From: an uncultured Pseudomonadota bacterium
Lineage (GTDB): Bacteria; Oederibacteriota; Muellerivitia; Muellerivitales; Muellerivitaceae
Direction of reading: 5' to 3'
DNA length: 64,000 nucleotides
Assembly (NCBI GenBank): GCA_963836235.1
Contig: CAWIIP010000001.1
Location: forward strand, 32,001 to 96,000
Part shown: positions 27,466 through 36,369 of the stretch, one piece after another
How positions within the stretch are numbered: position 1 is the stretch's first letter
Layout: each line of letters starts with the position of its first letter
Program-made: the position numbers and the translations under genes
Notes under the pieces: model-generated
What the model saw: the letters and a program-made list of their open reading frames with translations, nothing else
The model's database searches: none
Told to the model about the DNA's origin: nothing

Positions 27466-29001
27466 ATGAATCCAGGCAAAGTTTATCTCGTCGGCGCCGG
27501 GCCGGGTGATCCGGGCCTCTTGACCTTGAAAGGAAAAGAAATCCTTTCCCAGGCGGATGTGGTCGTCTATGACGCGCTGGTGCATCCTAAAATCCTGGAA
27601 TTTATCCCCAAAGGCGCCCGGAAAATATTCCGCGGAAGCCGGGGCAAATCAGGCGCCATGAAGCAGGCCCAAATCAACGCTCTTTTGGTCCGGTTGGCGT
27701 CGCGGGGGAAAAAAGTGGTTCGTTTGAAAGGCGGGGACCCTTTTGTTTTTGGAAGAGGAGCCGAGGAAATCATGGCCTTAGCGGATAAAAAAATACCCTT
27801 TGAGGTTGTTCCGGGCGTCACCTCGTCGGTCGCGGTTCCGGCTTACGCGGGCATCCCGGTGACCCACCGCGACTTGAACTCCTCGTTTACGGTTGTGACG
27901 GGCCACGAGGACCCATCGAGAGAAAATAGCCAATTGGATTGGACTCATTTGGCCCAGGACCGGGGAACCCTAATTTTTTTAATGGGACTTCATGCCCTTC
28001 CGGCGCTTTGCCGCCGTTTGATCGAGGAAGGTAAAAACCCACGGACACCAGCGGCGGTTATTCAAAGCGGCACAACCGTCCGGCAAAAGACGCTGGTTGG
28101 AACTTTGGAGAATCTACCCGAGCTCGCTAAAAAAGCGGATTTTCAACCTCCGGCCACGGTGGTGGTGGGTGAAGTGGTGAATTTGAGGCCAAAACTCGAT
28201 TGGCTTTCCCAAAAACCTCTCCGGGGTTTGCGAGTCCTGGTGACCCGGAACCAGGCGAAAGCCGGTTATCTCTCGGGCCTTCTTTCGGAAGAGGGTGCGG
28301 AAGTGGTTCCCATCGCCACCTTTGAGATCAAACCGCTTTCGTTAGACCGGCAGGGCAAAGAAGTCATCCATCGAAGCGGGAAATATGACTGGATCGTTTT
28401 CTCCAGCGTGAACGCGGTCGAATATTTCTTTGGGCATTTGTTAAAAGCGGGAATGACCGCCGGGGATTTAAAGACCGTCAAAATAGCTTGTATTGGGGAG
28501 GCCACCGCCAAGGCGGTGAAAGCTTTCGGGCACAAGGCGGCTTTGGTTCCGAACGACTATAAGCAGGAAGGTTTGGTGAAGGCTTTTCAAAGCATTTCCT
28601 TGAAAGGAAAGCGGGTTTTATTCGCCCGGGCTAAGGAAGGGCGGGACTTGTTGGTCAAGTTTTTCAAAAAGAAGAAAATTCATTGCGATCTTTTGGCGCT
28701 TTATGAAAACCAAGTCCCATCAGGGGCCCGGAAAGAACTCCAGGAATTGTTCTTGAAAGGTGGAGGGGTGGATTTACTGACTTTCGCTTCCTCTTCGGCC
28801 GTGGACCACTTTTACAGTCTTTTCAGCCCAGCCCAAAGAAAGAAATGGCTTGTCCGGGTTCCCGTGGCGGTCATCGGCCCGGTGACGGCGGCCTCCGTCA
28901 AGAAATGGGGCGGCAAAGTGGCCGTCCAGCCGGCCAAATACACCATGCCCGACCTTGTGGCGGCTATTGTCAAATGGGCGGGCAAGCGATCTAATTCTTA
29001 G
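27466..29001 (+). CDS. cobA: Fused uroporphyrinogen-III C-methyltransferase / uroporphyrinogen-III synthase (CobA-HemD)
   Basis: VGAGPGDPGLLT, RLKGGDPFVFGRG; C-half YDWIVFSSVNAV, TFASSSAV, VIGPVT. Confidence 0.94.
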   Translation: MNPGKVYLVGAGPGDPGLLTLKGKEILSQADVVVYDALVHPKILEFIPKGARKIFRGSRGKSGAMKQAQINALLVRLASRGKKVVRLKGGDPFVFGRGAEEIMALADKKIPFEVVPGVTSSVAVPAYAGIPVTHRDLNSSFTVVTGHEDPSRENSQLDWTHLAQDRGTLIFLMGLHALPALCRRLIEEGKNPRTPAAVIQSGTTVRQKTLVGTLENLPELAKKADFQPPATVVVGEVVNLRPKLDWLSQKPLRGLRVLVTRNQAKAGYLSGLLSEEGAEVVPIATFEIKPLSLDRQGKEVIHRSGKYDWIVFSSVNAVEYFFGHLLKAGMTAGDLKTVKIACIGEATAKAVKAFGHKAALVPNDYKQEGLVKAFQSISLKGKRVLFARAKEGRDLLVKFFKKKKIHCDLLALYENQVPSGARKELQELFLKGGGVDLLTFASSSAVDHFYSLFSPAQRKKWLVRVPVAVIGPVTAASVKKWGGKVAVQPAKYTMPDLVAAIVKWAGKRSNS

Positions 29002-29044
29002 TCTAAGAGCCCTTTCGACGTTAAAATACAGCCCGGAGAAAACC

Positions 29045-30016
29045 ATGTCCTTTCCAACCCAACGCATGCGGCGCCTGAGGAAAACCAAGGCCTTGCGCCG
29101 TTTGTTCGAGGAAACCCGATTGAACCGGTCGGACTTTATCCTACCCCTTTTCGTGGAGGAAGGCCTGAAGTCCCCGGAACTCATTTCTTCCATGCCGGGC
29201 GTCCAACGCCACAGCTTTGGCTCCCTGGCCCGTGAAGCCGCTTCGGCGCAAGCCTTGGGAATCCCCGCGGTACTCTTATTCGGAATTCCCTCGAAAAAAG
29301 ATTCGGGGGCTCTTCAGGCCTATCAAAAGAACGGCGTCATTCAAAAGGCCGTCCGGCTCTTGAAAAAAGAAACGCCGGATTTGGCCGTCATCACGGATGT
29401 CTGCGCCTGCGAATATACCTCCCATGGCCATTGCGGCATTATCGTTAAGGGTGACGTGGATAACGACCAGACCCTCGGGTTGCTGCAAAAAATAGCCCTT
29501 TCCCACGCCGAAGCGGGGGCCGACATGGTAGCCCCCTCGGACATGATGGACGGGCGTATTTCAGCCATCCGTAAAAGCCTTGATCAAAAAGGTTTTTCCA
29601 TGACGCCCATCCTGAGTTACGCGGCGAAATTTTCTACCTGCTTCTATGGGCCTTTCCGCGACGCGGCGGATTCAGCGCCTGCTTTTGGCGACCGGAAAAC
29701 CTATCAAATGCCCGCCTCCAATCCACGGGAAGCCTTGAAGGAAATTCAATTGGACATTGAGGAAGGCGCGGACGTGGTCATGGTCAAGCCAGCCCTGACG
29801 GCTTTGGATATCATCACCCGGGCCCGCCAACGCTTCTTGACCCCGCTCTGGGCCTATCACGTGTCCGGTGAGTATGCCATGGTCAAGGCGGCGGCGAAGT
29901 TGGGCTGGTTGTCGGAAGAAGCGGCCATGACGGAAAGCCTATTGGCCATCAAGCGGGCGGGAGCCGACCGGATTATCACTTATTGGGCGAAGGAAGCGGC
30001 GAAGCATTTTAAGTAA
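29045..30016 (+). CDS. hemB: Porphobilinogen synthase (Zn type)
   Basis: RMRRLR, DVCACEYTSHGHCG, FYGPFRDAA, MVKP; start moved to ATG 29045 behind GGAG. Confidence 0.96.
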   Translation: MSFPTQRMRRLRKTKALRRLFEETRLNRSDFILPLFVEEGLKSPELISSMPGVQRHSFGSLAREAASAQALGIPAVLLFGIPSKKDSGALQAYQKNGVIQKAVRLLKKETPDLAVITDVCACEYTSHGHCGIIVKGDVDNDQTLGLLQKIALSHAEAGADMVAPSDMMDGRISAIRKSLDQKGFSMTPILSYAAKFSTCFYGPFRDAADSAPAFGDRKTYQMPASNPREALKEIQLDIEEGADVVMVKPALTALDIITRARQRFLTPLWAYHVSGEYAMVKAAAKLGWLSEEAAMTESLLAIKRAGADRIITYWAKEAAKHFK

Positions 30017-30040
30017 ATTTCATCCTCAGACTCGGAAATC

Positions 30041-31345
30041 ATGAAAAACAAACTCAAGTTGGACAGGTCCCGCAAGTTATTTGAACTGGCGCAGAAACAC
30101 CTAGTGGGCGGGGTCAACAGCCCGGTGCGGGCCTTCAAAGGGGTGGGGGGGGCACCCATCTTCTTCGCTCGGGGCAAGGGGCCCTATTTGATCGACATGG
30201 ATGGAAACCGCTACCTGGATTTGGTGGGTTCCTGGGGGCCGCTCATCCTGGGCCACGCGGATACTTCGGTTCTCAACTTGGTGCGCCGTTCCTTGAAAAA
30301 GGGATTCAGTTTTGGAGCGCCTTCATCGCTGGAAACCGATCTCGCCATCCGGGTCAAGAAAGCCTTTCCGTCCATCGATAAGGTCCGTTTCGTGAGTTCA
30401 GGTACCGAGGCGGTCTTAAGCGTTATTCGGCTGGCTCGGGCCGCTACGGGTAAAAAGCGTGTCCTCAAATTCGATGGCTGTTACCACGGGCATGGGGACA
30501 GTTTGTTAGTCGCCGCCGGAAGCGGGGCGGCCACCCTGGGGTTGCCGGACAGCCCGGGAGTTCCCGAAGAAATCGCGTCCCTTACCACCAGCTTGCCCTA
30601 TAACGACCTTTCCGCGGTTCAAGAGGCCTTTTCAAAATTCAACGATATCGCGGCGGTCATCGTGGAGCCCGTGGCTGGGAATATGGGTCTGGTTCCACCG
30701 AAACCAGGTTTCCTGGAAGGCTTAAGGGACTTAACCACCCAGCACAAAGCTCTTCTCGTTTTCGACGAGGTGATGACCGGCTTTCGGGTGGCCTTTGGGG
30801 GCGCCCAGGAACTTTACGGCATCAAGCCCGACCTGACGACTTTGGGCAAGATCATCGGGGGCGGCCTGCCGGTTGGGGCCTATGGCGGTAGGGAGGGTCT
30901 GATGTCCCAAGTGGCCCCGGAAGGGCCGGTTTACCAGGCGGGAACCCTTTCGGGTAATCCCATCGCCATGGCGGCGGGTATCGCCACTTTGAAAAAATTA
31001 TCAGACCGGAAAATTTACGACCAGTTGGAAGAATCGGCGGCTTTCGTGGAAGAGGGGATCAGGCGGGCCCTGGAAAAAACCGGGGTGAAAGCCGTTTTCC
31101 AAAGAGTGGGGAGCATGGCGACCTTATTTTTTTGCGGGCATGCGATCGAAAACTACGCCCAAGCCAAGGATTCGGACCGAAAAAAATACGCCCGGTTTTT
31201 CTGGGCCATGGCCCAAAGGGGCGTTTATCTCCCGCCTTCCCAATTCGAGGCGATTTTTTTCTCAGCGGCGCTGACGAAAGACCAGTTGAAAAAAATCGTC
31301 AAATCCATCGAGGAAAGCTTGGTCGCGGCCGAACAAGAAGTGTAA
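30041..31345 (+). CDS. hemL: Glutamate-1-semialdehyde 2,1-aminomutase
   Basis: GGVNSPVRAF, FDEVMTGFR, GKIIGGGLPVG, YQAGTLSGNP. Confidence 0.97.
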   Translation: MKNKLKLDRSRKLFELAQKHLVGGVNSPVRAFKGVGGAPIFFARGKGPYLIDMDGNRYLDLVGSWGPLILGHADTSVLNLVRRSLKKGFSFGAPSSLETDLAIRVKKAFPSIDKVRFVSSGTEAVLSVIRLARAATGKKRVLKFDGCYHGHGDSLLVAAGSGAATLGLPDSPGVPEEIASLTTSLPYNDLSAVQEAFSKFNDIAAVIVEPVAGNMGLVPPKPGFLEGLRDLTTQHKALLVFDEVMTGFRVAFGGAQELYGIKPDLTTLGKIIGGGLPVGAYGGREGLMSQVAPEGPVYQAGTLSGNPIAMAAGIATLKKLSDRKIYDQLEESAAFVEEGIRRALEKTGVKAVFQRVGSMATLFFCGHAIENYAQAKDSDRKKYARFFWAMAQRGVYLPPSQFEAIFFSAALTKDQLKKIVKSIEESLVAAEQEV

Positions 31346-31428
31346 ATGAACATTAGAACGCAGATAAAAAATGAGTTAAATTCGGCTAAAACTTGATAAA
31401 ATTTGAGGCATCTGACGGGAGGTTGGAT

Positions 31429-32007
31429 TTGAAAAAACAGGGTTTTGGATGGTTGGTCACGGTATTGGCCTTAGGTTGTCTCATGGGGGGCAAGGATTCC
31501 AAGGTCTTTGGTGACACGGAAATCAATTTGGACGATGCTCTTCAGCCGACCTCGACTCCCGTCGTCTCCAAATCCAGTTCGGCCAAGCCGGCCGCGATGC
31601 CAACGGCCATTCCGACCGCCGCGCCCGTGCCCACGGCGGTCATTCAAGTTATGCAGGCGGCTCCCACACCCACGGAAGCCGTCGAGGATGATTCAACCCC
31701 CGTTATTGTCCATGGGGTCTTGAAGATGAAGGACGTCTATGAGGCGGGCATCAAGGCCTATAAGGAGCAGGATTACGACAAGGCGATTCGTTACCTTAAA
31801 AAATCCTTGGAAATGGATGATCCCTATTCCGCCAAATTTTATTTCGCTGAGGCCAACGCCATGTTGGGGGTCATCTACCAATTTCACATCATTCATTATA
31901 GTTGGGCCTACCGCTATTACCAGGCGGCCCTGAAGTACGAAAAGAAGAACCGGACAGCCCGCCGGCACATCAAGGAAGTCGCCAAATACAGGCATCAAAA
32001 AGGTTGA
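31429..32007 (+). CDS. Exported Pro/Thr-linker TPR-like protein
   Basis: GGAGG RBS before TTG 31429; signal-like N-terminus; PTAIPTAAPVPT linker; TPR-like helices with LGVIYQFH. Confidence 0.7.
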   Translation: MKKQGFGWLVTVLALGCLMGGKDSKVFGDTEINLDDALQPTSTPVVSKSSSAKPAAMPTAIPTAAPVPTAVIQVMQAAPTPTEAVEDDSTPVIVHGVLKMKDVYEAGIKAYKEQDYDKAIRYLKKSLEMDDPYSAKFYFAEANAMLGVIYQFHIIHYSWAYRYYQAALKYEKKNRTARRHIKEVAKYRHQKG

Positions 32008-33110
32008 AATTGTTCCAACACCGGCTGGGATGGCGAGTTTTGGTGTTCCTGCTTTTAAGCCAGGCGGCTTTAGCGGACGTGGCTCCCATTTCCCTCACTT
32101 TTTTCGGCTTGTATGGAACGCCCGTCCAACCGGCGGCCTTATCCAGTTCCACGACGAATGGTTTTGGCCTTGACGCCTTAGGCGAGTGGAACCCTTCCTA
32201 TTATTTTTCCCTGGGCCTCAGTTTTGAGCAGGTCACTTTTTACAATTCGATCAATTTTTCCGTACCTATGTTCAATTTGGAAGGCCGGGTTTTCCCCTTT
32301 GAGAACGGGAAAGACAAGTTTTCACCTTATCTTTATGGCGGGGCGGGATTGGACCTCACCGACCCGGGCGGAGCGGCCCAGTTCAAGGCGGGTATCGGAA
32401 GCCGGGTTTCCATCGCAGGGCCTGTTTTCTTTGATATTGCCGCCGGCAGCCATTGGATCCAACCCCCGAACGAGTTTCAATATGTCGACGTCCGGGCGGG
32501 ATTAAGCTGTTCCATCGATTTCAAACCAGCCGCCGCGAATTCCCCCACGCCGGCAGCGACTCCCGCCCTGGCTTCCCCCACGCCGCTCGCCCCAGCTTCC
32601 GGTACGCCCACCGTAATGGAGACGCCCACGGCCAGCCAGTCCCCGGAAGAGATCAGCCTGGAAGAGAGCACGACGCCTACCCCCATGCCCGTGATTGAAG
32701 CGGCGCCCGTGACCACCATCGCCGGGGTCAAAAAATACTACAAGTTGGGGATGCAGGCGTTTTTAGCCCAAAATTACAAACTGTCTTTCAAACTTTTGCA
32801 TAAGTCTTTGGCCTCGAATGAAATCTTTGGCGCTTCTTATTATTACGCGGAAACTTACGCCACGCTTGGGGTGATCTATCAATTTCATTCCTCCAAGGTG
32901 AAGGATCACGATAAGAAAGCCTTGTTTTGCTACCAAAAGGCGCTGGCCATCGATCCAACAACGAAGTCGGCGAGACATTATTATAAGAAACTCAAGGCGA
33001 AAATCGCAGCGGAGTCCAAAAAGAAACGCAGGCGCAAATCCGCACCAGTCCCGACTCCCACTGTCTCGGTTTCCACGGATACGAGTGGATCGACGACCCC
33101 GACGCAATAA
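32004..33110 (+). CDS. OmpA-like 8-stranded beta-barrel plus Pro/Thr linker plus TPR-like domain
   Basis: TTG 32004 overlaps the upstream stop; signal ends AALA; amphipathic strands including FSPYLYGGAG; TPR region paralogous to the upstream gene. Confidence 0.7.
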   Translation: MKLFQHRLGWRVLVFLLLSQAALADVAPISLTFFGLYGTPVQPAALSSSTTNGFGLDALGEWNPSYYFSLGLSFEQVTFYNSINFSVPMFNLEGRVFPFENGKDKFSPYLYGGAGLDLTDPGGAAQFKAGIGSRVSIAGPVFFDIAAGSHWIQPPNEFQYVDVRAGLSCSIDFKPAAANSPTPAATPALASPTPLAPASGTPTVMETPTASQSPEEISLEESTTPTPMPVIEAAPVTTIAGVKKYYKLGMQAFLAQNYKLSFKLLHKSLASNEIFGASYYYAETYATLGVIYQFHSSKVKDHDKKALFCYQKALAIDPTTKSARHYYKKLKAKIAAESKKKRRRKSAPVPTPTVSVSTDTSGSTTPTQ

Positions 33111-33207
33111 TTCCAAATTTTTTTATTCAGCGGATTTATATTGGGTTTGTTTGACCAAAGGGTTCGCGTGCCTGCCCTATACCGGCAACAGATTCATTAG
33201 GATTTTT

Positions 33208-33558
33208 ATGAAAATTAATTTTGGAAGAACAATTAAATATATTTGGGTTTTCATAACTGTTTTGATTTACATGTGGTCTGTTTTTTCGGTACCTTCGTAT
33301 TCTGAAAGTATGCTTGTTTTGATGATTGGTTTAACTTATCCAATCAGTGCTTTGTCTTATTCCGGGTTATGCGAATTAAATGTTTTTATGGGGCATCAGT
33401 TTAATATGAAAAACCCTCCTTATTTTTTCTCTATAGCTTTTGATTGGTTTTTTCTTTTTGCTTTTGGATATTTGCAGTGGTTTATCTGTGTGCCATTTGT
33501 TTATCGCTTTTTTAAAAATTTGTTTAAGGACTATTTTTTATCTCGCAATAAACCTTGA
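33208..33558 (+). CDS. Small AT-rich hypothetical membrane protein
   Basis: ATG 33208; three hydrophobic segments, LTYPIS and FGYLQWFICVP motifs. Confidence 0.6.
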   Translation: MKINFGRTIKYIWVFITVLIYMWSVFSVPSYSESMLVLMIGLTYPISALSYSGLCELNVFMGHQFNMKNPPYFFSIAFDWFFLFAFGYLQWFICVPFVYRFFKNLFKDYFLSRNKP

Positions 33559-33655
33559 AAAGGAAGTGGGTTGTTCTGAATGCGCAATCTGCATTTTCTC
33601 CTAATGACCGTTTGAATCAATTGAAAAAAACGTTTATTAAAAGCGGCCCTTCAAA

Positions 33656-34879
33656 ATGATTTTTTATTTGACCCGAAAATTAAAAATTGCTCTATTTCTT
33701 CTTTGCTTACTGGCATCAGTTCATTTCAATGTGGCCGCTCAAACCCAATCCCTCCCGGCCCCCCTGCTTCACGTGGACGGCCCGTTCCTTAAAGATCCTT
33801 CGGGAAAAAAAATAATATTACGGGGTATCAACCACCACGGTTTTCTCGACGTGCCCGACGGGGCTTGGGATTCGCCGGGAGCGCCACTCTATTCGGGTAT
33901 GGGGCATTGGGACCCAGACGTCGTCAAAAAAACACTCGAACAATATCACCAGCTGGGATTCAATGTGGTCCGCTTCCATACTATCGTTGATTGGTGGAAG
34001 AATAATCCCAAAACCTATCAAGACTCCTACCGGAATGTCACCTATCCGGAGACTTACCGGCAAATGATGGAAGACACCGTGAAGTGGGCGGGGGAGCGGG
34101 GGCTTTACGTTATCTTTGATTTTTTCGCCCTGAAAAACGTGGGGGGCCAGCAATCAGGACAGGAATCCCTTCCTTGGCCGCCGGGGGGCAGATTTCCTGA
34201 TGTTGTGAAGGACCGGGAGGAGTTTGAAAGCCTTTGGGTTTCCGCTGCCCAGCTGTTGGGCCGCTATCCCAATGTTCTTTTTGAACTGTACAACGAGCCC
34301 CATGGGGACGCCAAGGCCGAGGAAGACTGGTTTCAATTCGTGAAAGAGGTTCTTCTCCAAATCCGTGCCGTAACCCCCAACCCGGTGATCGTTCAGTGGG
34401 ATTACATGTGCTGGGTGAATTTGGACTATCCACCCCCGCAAAATTCGGCCTCCACCCTCGACTGGATCGGGAAGCATCCCCTTAACGACCCCAATCTCAT
34501 CTATGGCACCCACTTGTACCGAAACTCCGGCAACGGCGGGCCGGGAACCGCTCATCGAAGCGGGCCTCCCTTGGTTAATCTTTGGGAACACTCCGACATT
34601 GAGAAGGCGCTGACTTTGGCCCTGTTACCGGATGTCGCCCAAAAACTCCAGAAACCCCTACTGGTCACCGAGGTAGGCGCCTATCTGGCCAATGGAGGGG
34701 AAGACAAAGCCCACGAATTGGCCTGGTTCAAGAATACCTTGTCCATCCTGAATGGTTGGGGGATCGGCTATGTGGGTTGGGGTTGGGCCGATGACCGCCA
34801 GATTGCCCATGGCATTCTTCACGATGGGAAGCCCAATGAGGCCGGGAAGGTACTTTTGGATTCGCTTGGCAAACATTGA
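33656..34879 (+). CDS. Secreted glycoside hydrolase family 5 (cellulase family)
   Basis: Signal peptide; LRGIN, GFNVVRF, FELYNEPH (acid/base), LLVTEVG (nucleophile), GWGW. Confidence 0.88.
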   Translation: MIFYLTRKLKIALFLLCLLASVHFNVAAQTQSLPAPLLHVDGPFLKDPSGKKIILRGINHHGFLDVPDGAWDSPGAPLYSGMGHWDPDVVKKTLEQYHQLGFNVVRFHTIVDWWKNNPKTYQDSYRNVTYPETYRQMMEDTVKWAGERGLYVIFDFFALKNVGGQQSGQESLPWPPGGRFPDVVKDREEFESLWVSAAQLLGRYPNVLFELYNEPHGDAKAEEDWFQFVKEVLLQIRAVTPNPVIVQWDYMCWVNLDYPPPQNSASTLDWIGKHPLNDPNLIYGTHLYRNSGNGGPGTAHRSGPPLVNLWEHSDIEKALTLALLPDVAQKLQKPLLVTEVGAYLANGGEDKAHELAWFKNTLSILNGWGIGYVGWGWADDRQIAHGILHDGKPNEAGKVLLDSLGKH

Positions 34880-34921
34880 TGGAATACTTTATTAAAAAGA
34901 CATAAACCAAAGTAACCTAAT

Positions 34922-35707
34922 TTAGTTCACAAGCTGCCTGATTCTCTCAATCTTCGTCGCCTTGCCATTTTCCTTGTCCACCGATACCACCACGCACTGG
35001 AAAAGATAGGGCATTTCCTCCGAAACTTCGAAGCGGGAGGGGGCGCCGGTGAGGAAGCGGGATAACACCTGTGGCTGTTTCATTCCGATGATCGAGTTGG
35101 GGGAGCCCGACATGCCGATGTCGGTCAAATAGGCCGTTCCGCCGGGCAGGATTTCCTCGTCCGCCGTCATGATGTGGGTGTGGGTGCCGGTGACCGAACT
35201 GACCCGGCCGTTTAAATACCAGCCCATGGCTCTTTTCTCGCTGGTGGCCTCGCCGTGCATATCCACGATGATGACTTTGGCCTTGCCCTGAATCTGCTGG
35301 AGAGCGCGGTCGGCGGCTTTGAAGGGGCAGTCGAGGTTGATGTTCATGAAGGTGCGGCCCATCAGGTTGAGGACGGCTACCGGCGTTCCCTTGCAGTCGT
35401 AAATGCCCAGGCCCGATCCGGGGTTTTCCACGGGGTAGTTGTGGGGGCGAAGAAGGCGGGGGTCGTGGCCTATGATTTCCCGGACCTCTTTTTTCGACCA
35501 AATATGGTTTCCCGAAGTGACCACGTCGGCGCCGATTTCGAGGATATTCTTGAAGGAATCGGGCTGGATGCCACTGCCGGCGGCCAGGTTTTCGCCGTTG
35601 GCGACGGTGAAGTCGATATTGTGGTCGGCCTTGACCCGGCCGATGCAGTTGTGCACCGCGTGCCGGCCCGGTTTGCCCATAATGTCGCCGATGATGAGGA
35701 TGTTCAT
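34922..35707 (-). CDS. ymdB: YmdB/TIGR00282 metallophosphoesterase
   Basis: GDIMGKPGR, NGEN, SGNH, DMHGEATSEK, GTHTH. Confidence 0.95.
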   Translation of the reverse strand: MNILIIGDIMGKPGRHAVHNCIGRVKADHNIDFTVANGENLAAGSGIQPDSFKNILEIGADVVTSGNHIWSKKEVREIIGHDPRLLRPHNYPVENPGSGLGIYDCKGTPVAVLNLMGRTFMNINLDCPFKAADRALQQIQGKAKVIIVDMHGEATSEKRAMGWYLNGRVSSVTGTHTHIMTADEEILPGGTAYLTDIGMSGSPNSIIGMKQPQVLSRFLTGAPSRFEVSEEMPYLFQCVVVSVDKENGKATKIERIRQLVN

Positions 35708-35796
35708 AGGTGTTCCTTTTTCTTTAGAGTCGGTTGAGAGTAAACAATAATAAGAATAAACACAACCCTCGTGGTAGGCGCTGTTCCAAAGGGGTG

Positions 35797-36369
35797 TTAT
35801 TTACAAAGCTGAAACCCTTTTTCGCTTAAAACGGCCTTGAGGGGAATGTCGTGGGGTTCGGTAGGGATTTTGTCCACGATTTGGAAAGAATAGCCCAAGC
35901 CGATGGTCAGGGTTGATTTCCTTAACTGGGGAAGGACACGGTCGTAATAGCCCTTGCCGAAGCCCAGGCGGTTGCCGGTGAGGTCGAAGGCCAGGCCGGG
36001 AACCAGGACTAGGTTGATTTCTTCCCAATCGGCGGGCTTGTTGCCGGAGGGTTCTAAAATGCCAAAAGGTCCCTTGACCAGCGTTTTGAAGTCCTGTACG
36101 GGATAAAAATGAAAATGGTTTTTGTCCGTCACCACTTTCGGCAGGTACAGCTTTTTGCCCAGTTCCAGGGAGCCTTCCAAAATCGAATAGGTGTTGATTT
36201 CACTGGGGGTGGAGGCGAAAGCGCCGATGCCTTTGGCCTTATCGAATTCCGGGCGTTTGCAAAGAATATTCCAGACCCCCTGGGAAGCGGATTCGGCGAA
36301 GGCGGGGTCCACTTGATCGCGCAATTGCTTCAACTTTTCCCGCAAGGGGGACTTATCGGAAGAGGTCAT
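35797..36369 (-). CDS. ygfA: 5-formyltetrahydrofolate cyclo-ligase
   Basis: FGILEP, VPGLAFDLTGNRLGFGKGYYDR, EPHDI. Confidence 0.95.
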   Translation of the reverse strand: MTSSDKSPLREKLKQLRDQVDPAFAESASQGVWNILCKRPEFDKAKGIGAFASTPSEINTYSILEGSLELGKKLYLPKVVTDKNHFHFYPVQDFKTLVKGPFGILEPSGNKPADWEEINLVLVPGLAFDLTGNRLGFGKGYYDRVLPQLRKSTLTIGLGYSFQIVDKIPTEPHDIPLKAVLSEKGFQLCK

